NCBI GenBank assembly: GCA_031367385.1
Contig: JANLPS010000475.1
Coordinates: 1-20,043 of the forward strand
Reading direction: 5' to 3'
Length of the DNA stretch: 20,043 nucleotides
Source of the DNA: Archangium sp.
GTDB lineage: Bacteria > Myxococcota > Myxococcia > Myxococcales > Myxococcaceae
The position numbers and the translations under genes are program-made. The stretch's first letter is position 1; every line of letters starts with the position of its first letter. Shown piece after piece: positions 16,034-20,043 of the stretch. Below the pieces are notes generated by a model. It made no database searches, was not told the origin of the DNA, and worked only from the letters and a program-made list of their open reading frames with translations.

Positions 16034-17442
16034 GGCGACCACCCTGAGAAACCCGAGACGGGTCGCGGGTCAGAAATCGAATCGAGACACCTCGCGTCGA
16101 GGTTCATCGCGTCAGCGGTATCGACGAAGTGGGCGAAGAGCCTGGGCATGCACCCTACGGTCACCACCTGATGCCCTTGACCGCGCGCAACCAGGTGTCG
16201 CCCGTTCGGTAGCCGGGTTCGTACGGCTTCGGCGTAGCGAGGCGGCGTGACGGGGTCGAGCTCACCCGACAGCAGCAGCACCGGCACCGGGCCCGTCAAT
16301 GGCTCGCGAAAGTCAGGGGGGCGTTCGCCTTTCGGCCAGACGGCGCAGGCGGCTTTCAAGACGCGAACCGCTGAATCACCCAAGAGACTCATCGGCGGCA
16401 TGCTGGGCTCGGGAAGCTCACTCGCATCTTCGGTACAGAGCACCGAGAGCGGCGCCGTTGAGGCCGGTCTGTCTGCGCGATCGGGGTCATCGCCTTTGGC
16501 GAGCGCGGCGAGCACCTCAAGGCGGCCGGCTGTCGCTTCACTGAGCAAGAGCGGCAGCATCGCCATTGAAGAGGGGCGATAGGCCCATGCACGAACGAGC
16601 TCGACGACCTCTTCACGGGTCAACGTGCCGGTGGTCAGCGCTCCGCTCTCGGCGCTTCGGTAGTGAACGGCCATCGGCGCCGCGTCGAGCTTCGAGAGAA
16701 GATCGAGCAGTCGCTCTCGAGTTTCTGAGGTGAGCTGCTTCTCCAGCGCGTCGTCGAGGTCCGAAGCGAAATTGCCAACCAAGACGAGGCTGTTCGGAGC
16801 CACTCCGTCGAGGGTGACGGTTCGGGTGTGAGCAGCGAAGTGCTTTGCGTACTGCTGCGCCACGCGAGTGCCGTAGGAGGCGCCGTAAAGATTCACGTGT
16901 TCGACCTGGAGCGCGCGACGAACGTCGTCGAGGTCGAACATCGCCTCGGTCGTCGAGTAGAAGCGAACGTCAGCGTTCTGTGAGACTGACTCGAGGCACG
17001 CGAGCAACCTTGCGTGAACAACCTCAGGGCGCTCTTCGCTCTTGCTCGAAGGCGGTCTCGTGCAGTTGAGCGGGCTCGAGCCGCCGATGCCGCGCTGATC
17101 GACCAGAATGAGATCGTGGTGCTCGTGAAGCTCGGGGAGCGACTGCGCGACCCCCGCGTACGTGTCACGAGCTGACAGCCCTGGCCCACCGGCGATGAGA
17201 AACACCGGCGCCCGATCGGCCTTCGCGCTCGCGGGCAGCCAGGCGACGGCGAGCGAAATGGCACGGCTCGAAGGGTCAGCACGGTTTTCGGGCACTGTCA
17301 GGCTGGCGCACTGGGCCGAGGCGCGCGCCGCAGGGTCTCCGATGGTGCAAGGGGTGAAGACCAGAGACCCGAAGCGGGTCGAGTGAGGCGGCGTGTCTGA
17401 ACAAGCGACGGCGAGAAGGCCGAGAAGCGTCATTCGGTTCAT
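16030..17442 (-). CDS. Alpha/beta hydrolase, tripeptidyl-aminopeptidase (TAP)-like peptidase, probable lipoprotein
   Basis: MNRMTLLGLLAVAC-SD lipoprotein-like signal. GGPG oxyanion motif, DQRG, nucleophile GASYG, Asp in GELDPVTP and His in GQGH. Alternative starts at 17493 and 17433. Confidence 0.88.
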   Translation of the reverse strand: MNRMTLLGLLAVACSDTPPHSTRFGSLVFTPCTIGDPAARASAQCASLTVPENRADPSSRAISLAVAWLPASAKADRAPVFLIAGGPGLSARDTYAGVAQSLPELHEHHDLILVDQRGIGGSSPLNCTRPPSSKSEERPEVVHARLLACLESVSQNADVRFYSTTEAMFDLDDVRRALQVEHVNLYGASYGTRVAQQYAKHFAAHTRTVTLDGVAPNSLVLVGNFASDLDDALEKQLTSETRERLLDLLSKLDAAPMAVHYRSAESGALTTGTLTREEVVELVRAWAYRPSSMAMLPLLLSEATAGRLEVLAALAKGDDPDRADRPASTAPLSVLCTEDASELPEPSMPPMSLLGDSAVRVLKAACAVWPKGERPPDFREPLTGPVPVLLLSGELDPVTPPRYAEAVRTRLPNGRHLVARGQGHQVVTVGCMPRLFAHFVDTADAMNLDARCLDSISDPRPVSGFSGWSP

Positions 17443-17527
17443 AGGGGGTTCGTTTGGTGAGGGTGGAGAACGGAGAGGTGGCGTTCGCGTCATTCGCGGG
17501 GAGTCGCGGCGACTGCGTGTGAAAGGG

Positions 17528-18643
17528 TTAGAGCGCGCCGAGCTTTAGCAAGCTGACGATGACCGCCCAGGTCCCCGTCGTCACACCCAGCAGCAGCCCG
17601 ATGAACGACCAGATGCGCCCGAGTCGTTGCCGCTTGGCGGCGGTCGGGTCGGCGAGCACTTCAGCCGCGTACCTTCTCGCCCGAATGCGGGGCAGCCAGA
17701 CCTGAAAGCACGAGATGAAGACCACCATCGTCACCAGCCACGTGCCACCAACGAGCAGCAGAGGCGAGCTGACGATGCCGTTGACCGCAATGCCGCCGAG
17801 AAAGAACACGATGCCCGCGAGCTGCGTGAGAAAGAGCTGCCCGAGCTGACGTCGTTCGCAATCATCGAGGGCGTGACGGCGCTCCAGCGAATAGCCAAAG
17901 AGCAACGTGCCGGCCCCGATCGCGAAGGGCAGGGCGACGCCGCCGAGGAGCGCCAACCACTTGGTCGAAGCGACCGATTTTGCCGCGCCGACCGTCGCGG
18001 CGGCCGCGGTCGAAGGGGCTGCGACGACCAGCGCGATCGTCGCGGCAGTGAACGCCGCCGCAGGAGCCGTTCGACCCATCGCATCGCCCGCACGTTGCAG
18101 AACCGACTCGCGGAGTGTTTCACGGGCGCGAGAGAGGCGCTTTTTGATCGCCGCTTCGCTCAGGCCAAGCAGCTCGGCGACCTGCGCGACTGATTGCCCC
18201 TCGCGGTAGTAGAGAATGACCACTTCGCGTGCGTCATCGGGGAGCTGATCGATGGCCTCTGAGAGGTGCGCTTGATCTTCTCGCTCGATCAATGACTGCA
18301 GGGGCTGCGCTTTCGGGTCGACGACTCCAGCCAGCGCATCGTCGAGCACATGCTTCTTGTCGCGGCGACCGAAGCGGCGCAGGTGCTCAGTGGCTTGGTT
18401 TCGCGTCAGCTGACGAAGCCACGGCAAGAAGCTGTCGGGGTTCCGCAGTGTGCCCAGCCCGCGCCACGCTGCCAGGTACACGTCTTGCGCGATTTCTTCG
18501 CTCGCGGCCACGTCACGCACCAACGCGAGTGCAATCGAGCAGACGACCGAGCGGCTGGTCTCGATCAAGTGCTCGTAGGCTTTCGCATCGCCTCCCGCCG
18601 CGGCGCGAAACACCGTCGTGTGGCTCATCGTGTCGGTCACCAT
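17528..18643 (-). CDS. ECF RNA polymerase sigma-70 family factor with C-terminal transmembrane extension
   Basis: Region 2 SEEIAQDVYLAAW...FLPWLRQLTRNQATEHLRR and region 4 LPDDAREVVILYYREGQSVAQVAELLGLSEAAIKKRLSRAR. An Ala-rich linker and ~4 hydrophobic helices follow. ATG 18643 or 18628 is preferred over GTG 18679. Confidence 0.9.
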   Translation of the reverse strand: MVTDTMSHTTVFRAAAGGDAKAYEHLIETSRSVVCSIALALVRDVAASEEIAQDVYLAAWRGLGTLRNPDSFLPWLRQLTRNQATEHLRRFGRRDKKHVLDDALAGVVDPKAQPLQSLIEREDQAHLSEAIDQLPDDAREVVILYYREGQSVAQVAELLGLSEAAIKKRLSRARETLRESVLQRAGDAMGRTAPAAAFTAATIALVVAAPSTAAAATVGAAKSVASTKWLALLGGVALPFAIGAGTLLFGYSLERRHALDDCERRQLGQLFLTQLAGIVFFLGGIAVNGIVSSPLLLVGGTWLVTMVVFISCFQVWLPRIRARRYAAEVLADPTAAKRQRLGRIWSFIGLLLGVTTGTWAVIVSLLKLGAL

Positions 18644-18678
18644 GCTGACTGAGTCGGTGGAGCTCCGAAAAGGTGACA
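18644..18678 (-). promoter_or_regulatory. Putative ECF autoregulatory promoter TGTCACC-N15-CGACTC, giving a leaderless mRNA
   Basis: Minus-strand TGTCACC (18678-18672), 15 nt, CGACTC (18656-18651), 7 nt, then ATG 18643, with no SD. It resembles TGTCAC-type ECF -35 elements. Confidence 0.45.
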
Positions 18679-18698
18679 CGCGGCCCAGCCGTCAGCAC

Positions 18699-19568
18699 TT
18701 ACGCGCGCTTGGCGGGAGCGGCTTCGAACGCGTAGCTGTACGAGACTTTGTACTGCTCTCCGATGGGTTTGGGCTGCGGGTCGACCGGGCGGCCGGTGGG
18801 CAGCCCTCCAACGCGTTCGATGCCGCCGCGTTGCTCGAGTGCAGTGCCTGCCAAGATCATCTCTGCGGCTTTGGCCGGAGGCAGACCTGGGTGCGAGGGC
18901 AGGGTGAAATAGAATGCGAGGGTGCCGCTCTTCGTCGGCAAGACAGAGACGTTCGGCGTCGACCCTGCGGGAAATTCATTCGGAGCCGCGGTGTGCGCGA
19001 TTCGCCCGAACGGGGCTTGGCCAAACAATTGTTTGGTCGCAAAGGTATGGGCCACGAGCGCGTCAGAGACTTCTTTGCTGGTGAAGGCCGGCGCATTCGT
19101 CTCGATCATCTTGGCGACCGCTCTCTGCGCGTTGGGGTCACCCTCGACCACCAAGGCGTGAAGCAGGTGCCCCCGTTCAGCAAGCGTCAGCGCTCGCGCG
19201 TCGGCACCGGCGTATCGATGAAGGCGAGGCTCATCTCCGGTGAAGACCGCGGAGAGAAAGGGTTTGACCGTCGCGGGCCATGCGTCGGGCTGATTCGGGT
19301 CGAGCGCCGCGAGCTTCTTCACGTTCGCGCCGATTTGTTCCAGCAAGATGCCGCGGGTCATGCCGTCGAAGGCGAACCCACCCCAAGGTGTCTTGGTCGA
19401 TGCGACACCGAAGCCATTCTCGCCGGCCGATCGCAGCGACTGAATCTGAGTCTCGAGTGACTCTGGGCCGTGGCTCCAGTGGCTGCGAAACACGTCGGCG
19501 ATTCGGCCGGCCGGCGTCGAAAGATTCGCCACGAACGGCTTGAGTATCGGGGGCCTGATGACGAGCAT
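18699..19568 (-). CDS. Hypothetical protein (289 aa)
   Basis: The ORF fills the gap between the sigma and WGR genes, has globular-like composition and mostly G/C-ending codons. No motif recognised. Confidence 0.7.
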   Translation of the reverse strand: MLVIRPPILKPFVANLSTPAGRIADVFRSHWSHGPESLETQIQSLRSAGENGFGVASTKTPWGGFAFDGMTRGILLEQIGANVKKLAALDPNQPDAWPATVKPFLSAVFTGDEPRLHRYAGADARALTLAERGHLLHALVVEGDPNAQRAVAKMIETNAPAFTSKEVSDALVAHTFATKQLFGQAPFGRIAHTAAPNEFPAGSTPNVSVLPTKSGTLAFYFTLPSHPGLPPAKAAEMILAGTALEQRGGIERVGGLPTGRPVDPQPKPIGEQYKVSYSYAFEAAPAKRA

Positions 19569-19724
19569 TGGCGGGTCTTACCAACGAGGCGCTCGGGGTT
19601 GAAAGAGCCGACCGCATTTCTCAAATCGTAAGAGTGACCGGAGGCCGCGAAACAGTGCGGGCAACGGCGGGACCTTGAGTGCTCGTACGGCGCAGCCTAC
19701 GGTCCTGCGTTCGGAGGGGAACCC

Positions 19725-20043
19725 GTGGAACGTCATCGCTTTGAGTGCGTCGAGAATGGTGCGAGCAAATTCTGGGAGTACAGCCAGGTCGGCCCGGAGG
19801 TCCATCTCACGTGGGGGAAAATTGGGTCTGCGGGGCAATCGCAGACGAAATCATTCGACAGCGCAGAGAAAGCCGCCTTGGCCGCGGCCAAGCTCGTCAA
19901 GGAAAAGACCAGCAAAGGCTACGTCATGGTCACGGCTGAACAGGTCGCTACGGGAGCGGCTGTCGCGCCTCCGCACTCGGAACCTCCAGCGGCGGCGCCT
20001 CCGGCCCCGCGCGCGCCTTCCAGCAAGAAGGCCGCGAGCAGCT
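19725..20043 (+). CDS. WGR-domain-containing protein (N-terminal part; continues beyond the window)
   Basis: GGAGGGG RBS (19713-19719) and GTG 19725. Manual translation gives MERHRFECVENGASKFWEYSQVGPEVHLTWGKIGSAGQSQTKSFDSAEKAALAAAKLVKEKTSKGYV, then a Pro/Ala linker. This matches the WGR pattern (KFW...WGxIG..GQ...EK..KGY). Confidence 0.9.
   Translation, partial: MERHRFECVENGASKFWEYSQVGPEVHLTWGKIGSAGQSQTKSFDSAEKAALAAAKLVKEKTSKGYVMVTAEQVATGAAVAPPHSEPPAAAPPAPRAPSSKKAASS

Overview
GC-rich bacterial window whose gene content suggests Myxococcota (inference; not verifiable here). From left to right: (1) a giant minus-strand lipoprotein of more than 1535 aa with about 15 tandem ~102-aa Calx-beta/Ig-like repeats, missing from the ORF track because it runs off the left edge; (2) a divergent Ser/Thr kinase with TPR repeats; (3) a single ORF fusing a class I SAM methyltransferase to a three-His-box membrane desaturase; (4) a Ser/Thr kinase with an N-terminal multi-TM domain; (5) a probably 5'-truncated hypothetical gene, with a frameshifted paralogous remnant 3.7 kb away; (6) a tandem palindromic operator-like site; (7) an MDR quinone oxidoreductase; (8) a KirBac K+ channel; (9) a minus-strand cluster of NatB-like permease, NatA-like ATPase, lipoprotein TAP-like peptidase and a membrane-tethered ECF sigma factor; (10) a hypothetical protein; (11) the start of a WGR-domain gene at the right edge, also missing from the ORF track. 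No rRNA, tRNA, CRISPR array or transposase was recognised. The best candidates for new biology are the methyltransferase-desaturase fusion and the sigma/peptidase/ABC module with its putative leaderless autoregulatory promoter.
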